A DNA stretch of 64,000 bases from Felis catus. Lineage: Eukaryota. Each line of letters opens with the position of its first letter. Position 1 is the stretch's first letter. Below the pieces are notes generated by a model, which was not told the origin of the DNA, did no database searches, and saw only the letters and a list, made by a program, of their open reading frames with translations. Location of the stretch: NCBI RefSeq assembly GCF_018350175.1, contig NC_058368.1, positions 174,408,001 through 174,472,000 on the forward strand. Reading direction: 5' to 3'. Shown here piece by piece: positions 26,047-38,330 of the stretch. The translations under genes and the position numbers were made by a program.

Positions 26047-27779
26047 AGAAAGCCATCAATTCCACTCTCTGTCATCGCTTTTCTTTGATCACATACTGCT
26101 CTGCCTTCCAGAAACCATTCCCTCTTCTGTTGACAGCAGCTGAATGTCCTTTTGGAGAGCCGCACCCCTCCCACTCTTTCCCATGGTGTTCAGGGGGCTC
26201 TGACGCAGGCCCAAACTCTGGGGGTGAGCCATGGCCCAGGGCTGTTTGGACATCCCTGCCCCCCACGCCTACCTACAGGGATGGGTTCAGAGATGGGCGC
26301 AGGACTCAAGACATACTAATGGGACTCGGTTCTGAGACTTCCGCTGCCGCTGCTGGAACACTGTTGTTTTGTTCACTGAACTCGCTAGCAGGATCAATGA
26401 TGTAAATCTTAATCTGAATAAAGTCAGCCCGGAAGAAGACGGAACTGAGAAGCAGGAAGAGCCCCCGGCTCCAGCTATTCTCAAAGATACTATGCTCCCT
26501 GGACTCCCAATTACCAGAGCCAATAAATTCCCTGAACTCCGTTTGAATGGGGTTTCCATCCATTTATCAGTTGTGACTAATAAGTAAATTGGATGACACA
26601 ATTTTCTCTCTCTCTATTTCAGTTTCTGCAGCGAGAACAAAAATGATGATTCTTTGCCCACTGAATTGAGACGCTGAAACTCGAAGCTTAAAACCAAAAC
26701 AATTTTGCAGAATTACTTCGTCGAAATTCACGCACTACGTACTATACAAGTGTATAAAACGCCTATTCTTTTACATGTTGACCCAGTCATATACATATTT
26801 CTATATTCATGGAGTTACATATTTGTGTATATGGTCAAGTGTTGAGGTATTAATGTCGCCGGTTTCCTTGTTCTTTTGCTCCTGCCTCCCTTTCCTCCAC
26901 TGGGTGCCAGCTATGCGCCAAGCATGTGTGAGGCTTAGCCAGATGAGTCAGTGTGATTCTGTCCACAAGGAGCCCTTCATCTGGTGTGGAAATACAGACC
27001 AGAAATCCACAGGTTGCAGGGGGTGCTGTGATAGAGCAGGGTGGAGGGCAGGTGTCTGAACTACACCGGGGTGATGGTGGAGAAAGGGAAGGCCAGGCTG
27101 TTCAGAGGAGAAGTGTTTGTTTGTTTGTTTGTTTGTTTGTTTAAAGGATGAGGAAGTGAAATCCAGTTACTGGGAACAGCATGTGCTAAAGCAAGACATG
27201 ACTGAATAAAGACCAAGTCCCTGAAGGTAGCTGGAGTCACCCTCGGGGTCATAGCAGTTACCATGGGACCCCTGCCAGCAATATCCCCAAGCCCACTTCC
27301 GGAGCTGCAAAGACACTGGAGGATTTGCTCTGACAGTTCTCTGTTACCAAAATGATGCTCTGATTGCAACATCAAATTCTGAAAGTGTCGACCTCCAAAG
27401 GTGCCCGTTCACCGAAACACGGTCTAGGAATCTATGCCTGACACGTAGATGCTTCACAAATATTTGTTGGGTGAGGAAAGCCGAGGATAACATCCAGAAG
27501 ATTGTTCTAAAATTAAACTTCATTAAAATTCATACCTCGCAGCTAATAACTCCTTTATAGTCACCCTACCTTCCTTTCTTACCTGAAATGTACAGCTGAG
27601 AGATTTTAAAGGAGTCACGGATAGTTATTCAGGTCTTAAACTCCTCTGCGGAGTATCTCATCATTGTGACAGATGAACAATGTTACATAAAATAAGAAGG
27701 AAGGGGAAGAAACCTTCTACGGACTTATTAAACATGAGCATGTGTCAATCTAGGGATGTTATCTTTTTTAAAGTGATTT

Positions 27780-27999
27780 TTTTAAATTTTTTTTAACGTT
27801 TTTATTTATTTTTGAGACAGAGAGAGACAGAGCATGAACAGGGGAGGGGCAGAGAGAGAGGGAGACACAGAATCGGAAACAGGCTCCAGGCTCCGAGCCA
27901 TCAGCCCAGAGCCCGACGCGGGGCTCGAACTCACGGACCGCGAGATCGTGACCTGAGCGGAAGTCGGACGCTTAACCTACTGAGCCACCCAGGCGCCCC
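27780..27999 (-). mobile_element. Felid Can-SINE nested in the tail of an older short SINE
   Basis: TSD TTTAAAGTGATTT. Confidence 0.95.
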
Positions 28000-28093
28000 T
28001 TTAAAGTGATTTCTACCTGCAATGTGGGGCTCTAACGCACAACCCTGAGTTGGAGAGTTGCCTGCTTCACTGACTGAGCCAGCCAGAGACCCC
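28000..28093 (-). mobile_element. Short old carnivore SINE (host of nested SINE)
   Basis: ...ttctacctgcaatgtggggctc...actgactgagccagccagagaccc. Confidence 0.75.
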
Positions 28094-29004
28094 TGTTATT
28101 TTAATTTCCCAGAGGTGAGGAGTGTTCTCGATTTGCAGACAGAGAGCTAGAAGGAGCTCAGGGACTCAGCTGCGAAGGGGCAGGGCTCACTTAATCTCTG
28201 ATTTTACTCCAGAGCCCCTTTCTCTAAACCTTGGGAAGGAAAATTTCACTCAAATTCTCCAAATAGGGGCACTTACAAATAGGCTCAGTGTTTGGCTCGG
28301 ATCACCTTTATTCGTGGTTTGTTCTGGTTTTATTCACTTCCTCAAGTTGATGTGTACCTTGGGGTACAAACTTGAGCTTTCTCAGATACCTTCCACTGTT
28401 TCTTTCTTTCTCTCTTGGTTGACACCTCCCCTGTGCTGGGCCACCTCTCTACTTGTGAATTTGGGTGTGATATCACGTCACAGGGTGTGGAACCTAGGGA
28501 CGTGGCTTTCTAAGTAGCCACCCAGGGGCCCGATGATGCGTTGGGAAGTGCGTGAAAAAGCCTTCTTCATCTGGTTGGTTCTAGGCTTCAGCAGAAGACG
28601 TTAGAACCTTGCAGTAACTGATCATAGTAGCATAAGACCATGAGGCGTCGGAAGGTTGCAGAAGGCTGCAGACAGCAGACATTGGTCTGCGGTGACTCTA
28701 GCATGTGGAGTGAATTTACAGAACCCAAAAAGTTACTGGGAACAAACAGTCAGCAAGGCCAACGACAATACCTTGGGCCAGGGAAGGCCAGCAGTTTGGG
28801 CAATTTAAAAAATTTTAGGTTGGAGGATCCCGTTAAGTCACTCAGCCTTACCTGATGCTTGAGGGTGACAGGGACAGTGTCAGTTCCAAGGCGTTTGTAA
28901 GGTTTTTGTTAAGGCTTATATGATTTGTCCTGTGCAGCAGGTGCCTTGATCACCGGAGACTCTGGAATGTATGCCCCAAGTGGGAAACATATTCTCTAAC
29001 ACTT

Positions 29005-29221
29005 TAAAAAAATTTTTTTTAATGTTTATTTATTTTTGAGACAGAGAGAGACAGAGCATGAACGGGGGAGGGTCAGAGAGAGGGAGACACAGAATCGGAA
29101 GCAGGCTCCAGGCTCTGAGCCATCAGCCCAGAGCCCGACGCGGGGCTCGAACTCACGGACCGCGAGATCATGACCTGAGCCGAAGCCAGATGCTTAACCT
29201 ACTGAGCCACCCAGGTGCCCC
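29005..29221 (-). mobile_element. Felid Can-SINE
   Basis: TSD TCTCTAACACTTT. Confidence 0.96.
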
Positions 29222-29709
29222 TCTCTAACACTTTTTTTGCCACCATCACGGCAGGGGAAAACTTCAACCCATCCGGAAAACATATGTGCAGTCACAGGAA
29301 CATATTGACAATCCATACTAGGTGGCAACCGAATGAAGTCAAGCTACAGGTGTTCAAAGATCCACAGGGAGGTCCTGACGCCTCTGGAGACAAAAATAGG
29401 TTTTCCAGGATCGTGGACCTGACAGGTCAGACATTGCTGATAGACCTTTTTTGAAATTTTACAGCTGGCTCCCTACCCATGTCTACTCACAACCCGAGTC
29501 ATCTGAAATGCACTGTGGCTGGTGAAGGAACGCAAAAACTGGTAATTTCTCAGTTTCAGGAGCACGCTGTTGTCCCGTTGCCAGGATTTCAGGATGACAA
29601 AGGTCGGGCAATGAGGGGACGTTTTTGCAGAAGCAGAACGAACTCCATCCACATGTGCCACAGTCTTTATGGACTTCCTTGATGTTGCCTTTGTATAAAA
29701 GTCAGCTGA

Positions 29710-29924
29710 GGGGCGCCTGGGTGGCGCAGTCGGTTAAGCGTCCGACTTCAGCCAGGTCACGATCTCACGGTCCGTGGGTTCGAGCCCCGCGTCAGGCTCT
29801 GGGCTGATGGCTCGGAGCCTGGAGCCTGTTTCCGATTCTGTGTCTCCCTCTTTCTCTGCCCCTCCCCTGTTCATGCTCTGTCTCTCTCTGTCCCAAAAAT
29901 AAATAAACGTTGAAAAAAAAAATT
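29710..29924 (+). mobile_element. Young felid Can-SINE
   Basis: TSD TAAAAGTCAGCTGAG. Confidence 0.97.
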
Positions 29925-30224
29925 TAAAAGTCAGCTGAGACACTTTCTGGATTCTTGGGGTCAGTCTGTTTAGGGTGTGCCTCGATTTTGATGACAGCAG
30001 TTTCAGAAGCCAAGCGACTAATAATTACAAGTGATGACTTTGTACCAGGACATATCAGATTTTCAGGACTTTCACATAATTTTTAGAACACTTCTACGTC
30101 TATACAAACACAACAGAAAGAGATCACAGAATCGTTGTCTTCTAAGCAGATCCCTTAAAAGGTACAGAAACTTTCACAATCTGTTATCAGAAGGAGACCA
30201 AAAGTCCAAAAAAGAAAACAAATA

Positions 30225-30440
30225 GGAACGCCTGGGTGGCTCAGTTGGCTAAGCGCCAACTTTGGCTCAGGTCATGATCTCGCAGTTCGTGAGTTCGAGC
30301 CCCGCGTCGGGCTCTATGCTGACAGCTCAGAGCCTGGAGCAGCTTTGGATTCTGTGTCTCCCTCTCTCTCTGCTCCTTACCCACTCGTGCTCTGTCTGTC
30401 TCTGTCTCTCAAAAATAAATAAACATTAAAAAAAAAAATT
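30225..30440 (+). mobile_element. Can-SINE (left member of tandem pair)
   Basis: SINEC head and body; its tail is interrupted by a second SINE. Confidence 0.93.
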
Positions 30441-30441
30441 A

Positions 30442-30680
30442 GGGGCGCCTGGGTGGCGCAGTCGGTTGAGTGTCCGACTTCAGCCAGGTCACGATCTCGC
30501 GGTCCGTGAGTTCGAGCCCCGCGTCGGGCTCTGGGCTGATGGCTCAGAACCTGGAGCCTGTTTCCGAGTCTGTGTCTCCCTCTCTCTCTGCCCCTTCCCC
30601 GTTCATGCTCTGTCTCTCTCTGTCCCAAAAATAAATAAACGTTGAAAAAAAAAATTTAAAAAAAAATTAAAAAAAAAAAA
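30442..30680 (+). mobile_element. Young felid Can-SINE in the tail of the preceding SINE
   Basis: GGCGCAGTCGG and TTCAGCCAGG diagnostics; long A tail. Confidence 0.95.
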
Positions 30681-30986
30681 ACCAAATAACTTTGTCCTTT
30701 TAACAGAGAGAAAACTAAATTCTAATTCTGCACTAGCTTACTTTTGATATTAAAATGTATTCATTCCACCCTTACTCCTGACCAGGCATAAAATTATTTT
30801 CCAAAGATTTCTTTTTTCACAAACTCACTACAACTTTCTTTTTCCTCCAAAAAATTGCATCTCCATTCCTCATACCTTCTTTTCCTGGAAGCACACATCC
30901 TACTTGTCTTGCATATGGAAGCATTTTCTTCATCATTTTTAGTAGCTCTAACCACATACATTAATTACAATTCTTAACCCTGGGAA

Positions 30987-31214
30987 ATTTTTTTTTTTTA
31001 ATTTTTTTTTTCAACGTTTATTTATTTTTGGGACAGAGAGAGACAGAGCATGAACGGGGGAGGGGCAGAGAGAGAGGGAGACACAGAATCGGGAACAGGC
31101 TCCAGGCTCTGAGCCATCAGCCCAGAGCCCGACGCGGGGCTCGAACTCACGGACCGCGAGATCGTGACCTGGCTGAAGTCGGACGCTCAACCGACTGCAC
31201 CACCCAGGCGCCCC
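30987..31214 (-). mobile_element. Young felid Can-SINE (no visible TSD)
   Basis: Full-length antisense SINEC. Confidence 0.95.
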
Positions 31215-31614
31215 TAATAGTATAGTCTTTTAAGAAAGCACACACATACACGAAATGTTTATCAACAGACCCAAATTTATCTTTGGTCTCTCTGTAGTAA
31301 GGAAGCCAAAATTAGATAAACCTATGTTCAGTAATTAATGATTCATTATTGTATCTTATTTGGAAATGATCTGGATAGTTAATGAATTTAACAACTCTTG
31401 ACTTCACCTAAATCAGTAAAACTTTAAGGTTTTAGATTACCAAAAAAAATGGGAAACTATTTAAAATTTTACCTAAAACTTTTAAAAATTTTATTTACAT
31501 CTATTCAATTTACTTGTTCTTAACAATTAGGCTGAGATTACCCATAAAAACTTCACGAGACATCAAACAAAGCCAGTCATTGTTCCAAGCTATTTTTAAA
31601 AACATTTTGTAACA

Positions 31615-31808
31615 GGGACGTCTGAGTGGCTCAGTCGGTTCAGCATCCAACTCTTGATTTCAGTTCAGGCCTTGATCCCAGGGTTATGGGATCGAGCCCC
31701 AAGTCTGGCTGATCATGGAGCCTACTTGAGATTCTCTCTCTCTCCCCATCTGCCCCTCTCCCCCTACTTGTGCTCTATCTCTCTAAAATAAAATTAAAAA
31801 AAAAATTA
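31615..31808 (+). mobile_element. Older Can-SINE
   Basis: TSD AA(A/G)ACATTTTGTAACAG. Confidence 0.9.
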
Positions 31809-32613
31809 AAGACATTTTGTAACAGAGATAACACTGACTGGATGGACTTCAAGTAGACCCAGGTGGAAAAAGTTTTAATTTTCATGCTGAAACTCTAAAG
31901 ACATGTCTGTTTTAATTAAACCAGCAACCTTAAGTTAGCTTTGGTAGTATGTTCCCAGATCAGGTGAACTTCAAAAACATTTGTGTTAATTTCTGTCTTT
32001 CTGAGAGTTTTACGATCCTTACAAGCACATGCCTTCAAGCCAACTAAAACAGCTCTTTTACAAATCAATTTTCATCATACCGTCCAGAGGCAGAAAAAAA
32101 TATCTCACATTTACAACATGTATGGTGCAAAGACATCAAAGACAGATGCAGAGACTTTATAGTTGCGAATATTTGTGGAGAAGATACTCTTAAGGAGGCC
32201 TTGCTAGGGTTTGGGCACAGGAGCCCTGTTAGCAGTTTGTGTTTTTAAAAGGCCAATTTCCCCCGCCCCCACTTTTTTTTTTCTTTTTTTTAGCTTCAGT
32301 CTTAGGAGGTTGTTGGGCCCTGTTTAGGTTTCAAAGACAGGATAAGATTTATAACCTCAAGGGACAAAGAAAGATGCAAGTTTCTCCAAGAGGGACTTTG
32401 GTTTTCTGAAGCTGAGAATTTACAAGACTTTTGAGATAAACAAGGATAGTTTGGGGATTGGTAAAGGAATAGGGGAACTTTGAATTGCCTCTGGAGCTGC
32501 CTTTTGTTTATGGTCCAGTAAAGGCCATTCAGCTAGAGGGTAGTTTAGAATGAGTATTCAAACAAAAGAAACAGTAAGAATTAGGTAGTCTTGTAACCTT
32601 TCCTATTAGGGAC

Positions 32614-32985
32614 TGATGTGGGGAACAAAGGCAGGAGGACACGTAGGTAAAATTAAATTTCCTTAAAATCTGCAGCCCGTTGGCAAATACTTGAGGCAGG
32701 CGGAGTATGACATTTTTCCAGGAACTCCCAACTGTCTTAATGTTAATGCTTTGCTGCAGGGAAAAACAACCTTAGCTCGACAGCAGCCAAGCCTCCAGGA
32801 TCCTGTGACTCTTCTAGCATCTGAAAGTCCTTTTGGAAACCTCCCTTGCCTTTACCTCCATCACCAACCCCCCAATATATAATCAGTCACTCTGACCTTG
32901 GGTCCTGTCCCTGTGCTTTAATATCACCACCTTTTGAATTGAAGATGTCTCAAGAGTTCTTTCTTGGCCATTGGCACTGAACCGA
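32614..32985 (+). mobile_element. ERV LTR copy A (carnivore LTR family)
   Basis: Starts TGATGTGGGGAACAAAGGCAG; colinear with copies B, C and D; TATA-like TATATAA and degenerate polyA signal. Confidence 0.8.
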
Positions 32986-33012
32986 AAAAAAAAAAAAAAA
33001 ACCAAACAGCAA

Positions 33013-33219
33013 TTTTTTTTTTTTAATTTTAGAAAGAGAGAGAATGAGCGTGGGCGGGAAGAGAGGCAGAGGAAGAGAGAGAGAGAATCCCAAGCAAGCT
33101 CCGTGCTGTCCTGTCCGTGCAGAGCCCCATGTGGGGCTGGAAGCCACGAACTGTGACATCATGACCTGAGCTGAAATCAAGAGTTGGACGCTTAACCAAC
33201 TGAGCCACCCAGGCGCCCC
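33013..33219 (-). mobile_element. Can-SINE
   Basis: Antisense SINEC with polyT. Confidence 0.92.
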
Positions 33220-33902
33220 TGGAATGAAACTTTCAATGAAGTTATTTTGGGAATTTTGAAACCTTTGCTTTTAAGTGCGTTTCTTAAATGATCTGATCTA
33301 ATTGGAACGTTCCTCCTACTGGCCATTGTAATCCTAGGCTGTGATGTCTCTGAGATCTGGTAGCGGTTTGCTGGGACCCTAGCCACAGCCGGAGTTCAAC
33401 TCACATTTCTGTCCAGCCACACCTAGTCCCAAATAGGATGCAACTCTCACATTTCTGTCTGGCCTTATTTTGCAGCCCTCAACTTGATGGTTACCAAGCC
33501 AAGTTCCTACGGTCACAAAACAAGCTTCTAGATTTTTAGGGTTTCTGGGACTCTAGTTCTGACATATAAAATAAGCAGGTGTGCTGGAAGACGGAATGCT
33601 TAACTCTCAGATTTTAAGGATCCCATTCCATTATTATTTATTTATTCATTCGTTATTTTTCTTTTAGCTAAGCCTTTACCTCCTGGGCACATGGACGGAA
33701 ACTAGCAGGGCCGAGGAAGCGGACTGTGGACACTAGGACAGCCAGAGAAGTAGGGACGGGGGAGAACTGAAGCCGCGAGCCCCGGAGAGTGGGGATAGTG
33801 GATTGATTTCCAGCAAGTGGAGAAGTGCACCTGCCCCCAGGCGTTCCCAACACGGAGTGCTAGGACCCAACCAAGGGCTGGCTTTTGGAAGCCCCTGCAG
33901 GC

Positions 33903-33921
33903 TGGCCAACAGGGGGCGCTG
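33903..33921 (+). promoter_or_regulatory. Near-consensus CTCF motif
   Basis: TGGCCAACAGGGGGCGCTG versus consensus TGGCCACCAGGGGGCGCTA. Confidence 0.6.
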
Positions 33922-34067
33922 GGCGCCACCAGTAATTGTCAATGTGGGCTAAACCTGTAGATGCCATTAAGGGACACTGGGGACTGGAAATGGGGGAAGG
34001 ACTAAACCAGGAAACCCCAGTAAATGGGCACTGTGGCTGGAACTGGGGAGGGGTTTCGATGTGGAAT

Positions 34068-34767
34068 TGAGGAGGGAGCATGAGGCAAGCGGACATCCCA
34101 CAAACACCCTCCCCCTTCCCTCCCCCAAGGTAGGATGTGTGTGACACTCCTCAGGTGCTCCCGGCTGCCCAAGAACAAAGCAAAGGGGAGAACAAATGGT
34201 TAACTGATGGAGATCACAGTCATGAGGGCCCGAGTCTCCATCAGTTTACAAATATCTTAATAAATTACAAGAAAAAGGCATTCATTTCAATAGCCTCATC
34301 TCCAGAAACCTATAGACTCGGTTTCCTGGAGCCCCAACATCACCTTCCCCTCCATAGTGATGTGGGAAACAAAGGCAAGAAAGAAATGGCAGGGAAAGGT
34401 AAATTTCCTTATAACCTGCAGCCCATTGACAAATACTTGAGGCAAATACAGAGTATGACATTTCTCCAGGAACCCCCTACAGTTGTCATATTAATGCTTC
34501 ACTAAAGGGAAGACAGCCTTAGCTTGACAATAGCAATGCCCCTGGCATCTCGTGAGTCCCCTTTGGTATATCAAAGTCCTCCTGGAAGCCTCCCTCAACT
34601 CCATAGTATACAACCAGTCATTGTTCACGACCCCCGTGTAGCTCTTTCTGCCCATGGGTCCTGTCCCCCTGCTTTAATAAAATCACCTTTTTTTGCACCA
34701 GAGACATGTCAGGAATTCTTTCTTGGGCCGTCAGCCCCGGACTCCCGATCCCTACAAAACCCCATCA
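34068..34767 (+). mobile_element. ERV LTR copy B (long form)
   Basis: TGAGG...CATCA ends, flanks GAAT/GAAC, AATAAA at ~34676; homologous to 48482-49202; 5' boundary uncertain. Confidence 0.8.
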
Positions 34768-35160
34768 GAACTGTGGCCTGAACCAAGGGCTGTGGGCCAA
34801 GGGCTGGTGCTCTGTCAGAGCCTCCTGTCAGCCCCGACAGACCTGTTCACGCCGGCCTGGAAGGCCAACTCGATCCAGAACTTGCATGTAAAATGAGAAC
34901 TCCAACCAAGAGGGACTCGCCAACTGCCCCGGAAACACAAAGACGGTGAGCTTGGAAGGATTGGTCGGGCGCCACACCTGTGTCTCTTACTGTCCCCAAA
35001 TGCCAGCAGAACTGCACTTTGGATCCCAATGCCATCACCGATAGGTTTTCAAACAAAATTCGACCAAGTAAATTTGAAGATCTAACAGCTGGCTCTTCCT
35101 CTGTGGCCCTTTCATGTACTTTCCAGAAGCCCCTGCTGGTCCACTCCCTGTAGGTCCTTT

Positions 35161-35994
35161 TGATGCAGTTTGAAGTGTTGGGGTTCAGAGCCGAGGGCCA
35201 AGAAAGAAGTCTCGAGAAGTCTTTGGTGCAAAAAGGTGGCTTCTTTAAAGCACGAGGACAGGACCCATGGGCAGAAAGAGTTGCACTGGGGTTGTGAACA
35301 GTGACTGATTATATTGGAGTCTGGGAAGGGGTTGGGGATAGAGTAAGTCTCTAAGGTATTTTGGAAACAAGGTTTCCAGGACCTTGAGGGGTTAGCTGCT
35401 GTTAGGAACAGGTCATTTATTACTATTTAGTTATTTTTATTTATTTATTTTATTTTTTTAAATTTTTTTTTATTTTTGGGACAGAGAGAGACAGAGCATG
35501 AATGGGGGAGGGGCAGAGAGAGAGGGAGACACAGAATCGGAAACAGGCTCCAGGCTCTGAGCCATCAGCCCAGAGCCTGACGCGGGGCTCGAACTCCCGG
35601 ACCGCGAGATCGTGACCTGGCTGAAGTCGGACGCTTAACCGACTGCGCCACCCAGGCGCCCCTATTACTATTTAGTTAAAACTCAGTCATGAGACCCTTC
35701 GGATGCATATCAGCAGGTCATAAGCTTGGAGTACGATTGTCAACATGTATCTTGGGGAGGCAGAGATAAAGGAAGTTTCCAAAGGACTTTTTACATGTTA
35801 ACGTAGACTTACGGGATCCCGGGGGGTCAGGATAATGTGTAAGCTAAGGTTGCCTTTTGCCCTCAGCAAAGTGTCACTGTAGAGGCCGCTGAGCTCCCAG
35901 AGGAAGGTCACTCTGCCTGTCTCAAGGACTTGTCAGTGGGCTGTAAGTCATAAGGAAATGAATCTTTTTTCTTCTGCCTTTGTTTCCCACATCA
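35161..35994 (-). mobile_element. ERV LTR copy C, interrupted by a SINE
   Basis: Reverse complement reads TGATGTGGGAAACAAAGGCAG...TGCATCA. Confidence 0.82.
35433..35662 (-). mobile_element. Young felid Can-SINE inside LTR C
   Basis: TSD TATTACTATTTAGTT. Confidence 0.97.
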
Positions 35995-36032
35995 TGTTGA
36001 CCCTTCTTTATTTGGAAGGATGGCTTTCAACA

Positions 36033-36232
36033 TTTATTTATTTTTTTGGGACAGAGAGAGACAGAGCATGAACGGGGGAGGGGCAGAGAGCGAGGGAGAC
36101 ACAGAATCGGAAACAGGCTCCAGGCTCTGAGCCATCAGCCCAGAGCCTGACGCGGGGCTCGAACTCCCGGACCGCGAGATCGTGACCTGGCTGAAGTCGG
36201 ATGCTTAACCGACTGCGCCACCCAGGCACCTC
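36033..36232 (-). mobile_element. Young felid Can-SINE
   Basis: TSD GGA(A/G)GGATGGCTTTCAA. Confidence 0.96.
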
Positions 36233-36921
36233 TGGAGGGATGGCTTTCAAGTCCTTCCCCACTCTCTAGGAATTCAGTCCTGCTGCTGGGGAGACTTGGT
36301 CCCTCCTAGCTGCCTCATGTGACAGGAACTAAGACAAATCAACTGCCTGCGCTCTGTCCCCTCTATGGCCTCATTTGGTTCAGAGGAAGCCACCCAGCCG
36401 TCCCTGGCCCTGACCACCCTGCAGTGAGGTCACCAGCCCATTCCTCCCTCCCTCCCTCAATTTCCCAGGCAGGAGTCAGACCCCAGACCCCTGAAGTCCC
36501 TAACGCCTCAGTCACGTCTGAGTAGCCGTGTGGAAGGAACCCCCTTACCAAGTGAGGGAGGAAATGAGACCTCCAGGCCAGCTCTCTCCACAAGGAGCCT
36601 CCTCCCAAAATTCTCCAGCCTCCACTTTTCGACACTTGCATAGCATCCAAGTAGGTAAGGGGTCCAGGACACGTTCTCAAGAATTTCCCTTGACGTCTGC
36701 CATCGTTCCCTGTTTGGGAAGGTCATGCCTGTTGTATATTGGCGCCTGGTTGAAAAGCCAGCGGTAACGCCTTGTCACGTACGTACATAAAATTGTGCTA
36801 GAGAGCAGGGGTAATGTATTAGGCTGATTGAATCTTGTCTCTGTCCCTTCCCATGAGGCTTTCAGCTGCTACAAACTCTGGGCTTCGATTTGCTTCTTTG
36901 AAAGTTGGGAGTCATATTATT

Positions 36922-37145
36922 TTTTTTTTTAATTTTTTTTTTAACGTTTATTTATTTTTGAGACAGAGAGAGAGACAGAGCATGAAGGGGGGAGGGGCAG
37001 AGAGAGGGAGACACAGAATCGGAAGCAGGCTCTGGGCTCCGAGCTGTCAGCCCAGAGCCCGACGCGGGGCTCGAACCCACGGACCGCGAGATCGTGACCT
37101 GAGCTGAAGTCGGACGCTCAACCGACTGAGCCCCCCAGGCGCCCC
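36922..37145 (-). mobile_element. Felid Can-SINE within a MIR
   Basis: TSD GGGAGTCATATTATT. Confidence 0.96.
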
Positions 37146-37378
37146 GGGAGTCATATTATTGACCTCACAGTATTGTTGTAAGGACTAAGATGAGGCAGAG
37201 TTCCAGCTGGCAACCCGGCACATCCTAGGCACTCAAGAATTGGAGCTGCAATTATCTACTGGATAACAGCCACCGGAAGATGTGTGCCCCATGATACAGG
37301 CAGTGACAACCAACGTGTCAAGAAGGACCAAAGCGTTCGCACCTCGCTTCCTTTTCCCATTAAAAAAAAAAAGTCATA

Positions 37379-37605
37379 GGGGCGCCTGGGTGGCTCAGTC
37401 GGTTAAGCGTCCGACTTCAGCTCAGGTCACGATCTGGCAGTCCGTGAGTTCAAGCCCCGCGTCGGGCTCTGGGCTGATGGCTCGGAGCCTGGAGCCTGCT
37501 TCCGATTCTGTGTCTCCCTCTCTCTCTGCCCCTCCCCCGTTCATGCTCCGTCTCTCTCTGTCCCCAAAATAAATAAACGTTAAAAAAAAAAAATTAAAAA
37601 AAAAA
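37379..37605 (+). mobile_element. Can-SINE (1st of three in tandem)
   Basis: TSD AAAAAAAAGTCA. Confidence 0.95.
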
Positions 37606-37618
37606 AGTCACAAACACA

Positions 37619-37834
37619 GGGGGGCCTGGGTGGCTCTGTCGGTGAAGCATCCAACTCTTGGTTTCCGCTCAGGTAGTGATCTCGCAGTTTGTGAGCGAGA
37701 GCCTCGTGTTGGACTCTGCCCGGACGGCATGGAGCCTGTTGGGATTCTCTCTCCCTCTCTCCCTGCCCTTTTCCTGCTCTGTCTCTCTTAAAATAAACAT
37801 TTTAAAGTAAGTGAATAAATAAATAAATAAATAA
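37619..37834 (+). mobile_element. Older Can-SINE (2nd of three)
   Basis: CACAAACACA flanks at ~37609 and ~38086 bracket SINEs 2 and 3. Confidence 0.88.
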
Positions 37835-38080
37835 GGGGCACCTGGGTGGCTTAGTCAATTAAGGGTCCAACTCCCGTTTTCGGCTCAGGGCATGATCTCG
37901 TGGCTTCAGGGGTTCGAGTCCTGCATCATGCCCTGTGTTAGCAGCGAGGAGCCTGCTTGGGATTCTCTCTCTCTCTCCTCTCTCTCTCTCTGTCCCTCCC
38001 CCCCACACACTGTCTCTGTCTCTCACAAAATAAATAAACCTAAAAAAAAAGACAAACTTTAAAAAATAAATAAAAATAAA
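37835..38080 (+). mobile_element. Can-SINE (3rd, in the tail of the 2nd)
   Basis: Head follows the (AAAT)n tail of the previous SINE. Confidence 0.9.
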
Positions 38081-38330
38081 AACCCCACAAACACAAAAAT
38101 CAGCTTTCTTCTTTTGTAAAGAAGACCAGTATAATTCGTAAAACATTTTAAATATGAAAAACGAACCAAAAAAACATAATCCCTAATAATGTTATTGTAA
38201 GCGCTCGTATGTATACTTTTACATAGCTGTAATCATACTGTGTATAAATTTCACACCATGGCTTTTTTCACAGCTATCACATTATAGACATCTCTCCGTT
38301 ACTGTGTACCCTACTGACCATAATTTTTTT

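Larger units (their letters stand above)
28560..35090 (-). mobile_element. Decayed non-coding ERV1-like internal sequence, interrupted by SINEs and LTRs
   Basis: Composition and motifs resemble non-autonomous ERV1 internal regions; no intact gag/pol/env ORF; boundaries uncertain. Confidence 0.45.

Noticed and set aside
33905..33930. TGGCGCCCAG on the - strand as a tRNA-Lys primer binding site
   Set aside because: Only ~9 nt match and not adjacent to an LTR end; better explained by the CTCF motif
35015..35090. Possible degenerate PBS (TGGCATTGGGATCC on - strand) beside an LTR stub
   Set aside because: Too degenerate to assign a tRNA or LTR by eye
28560..35090. Intact or coding endogenous retrovirus
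   Set aside because: No gag, pol or env ORF or motif in any frame; heavily interrupted
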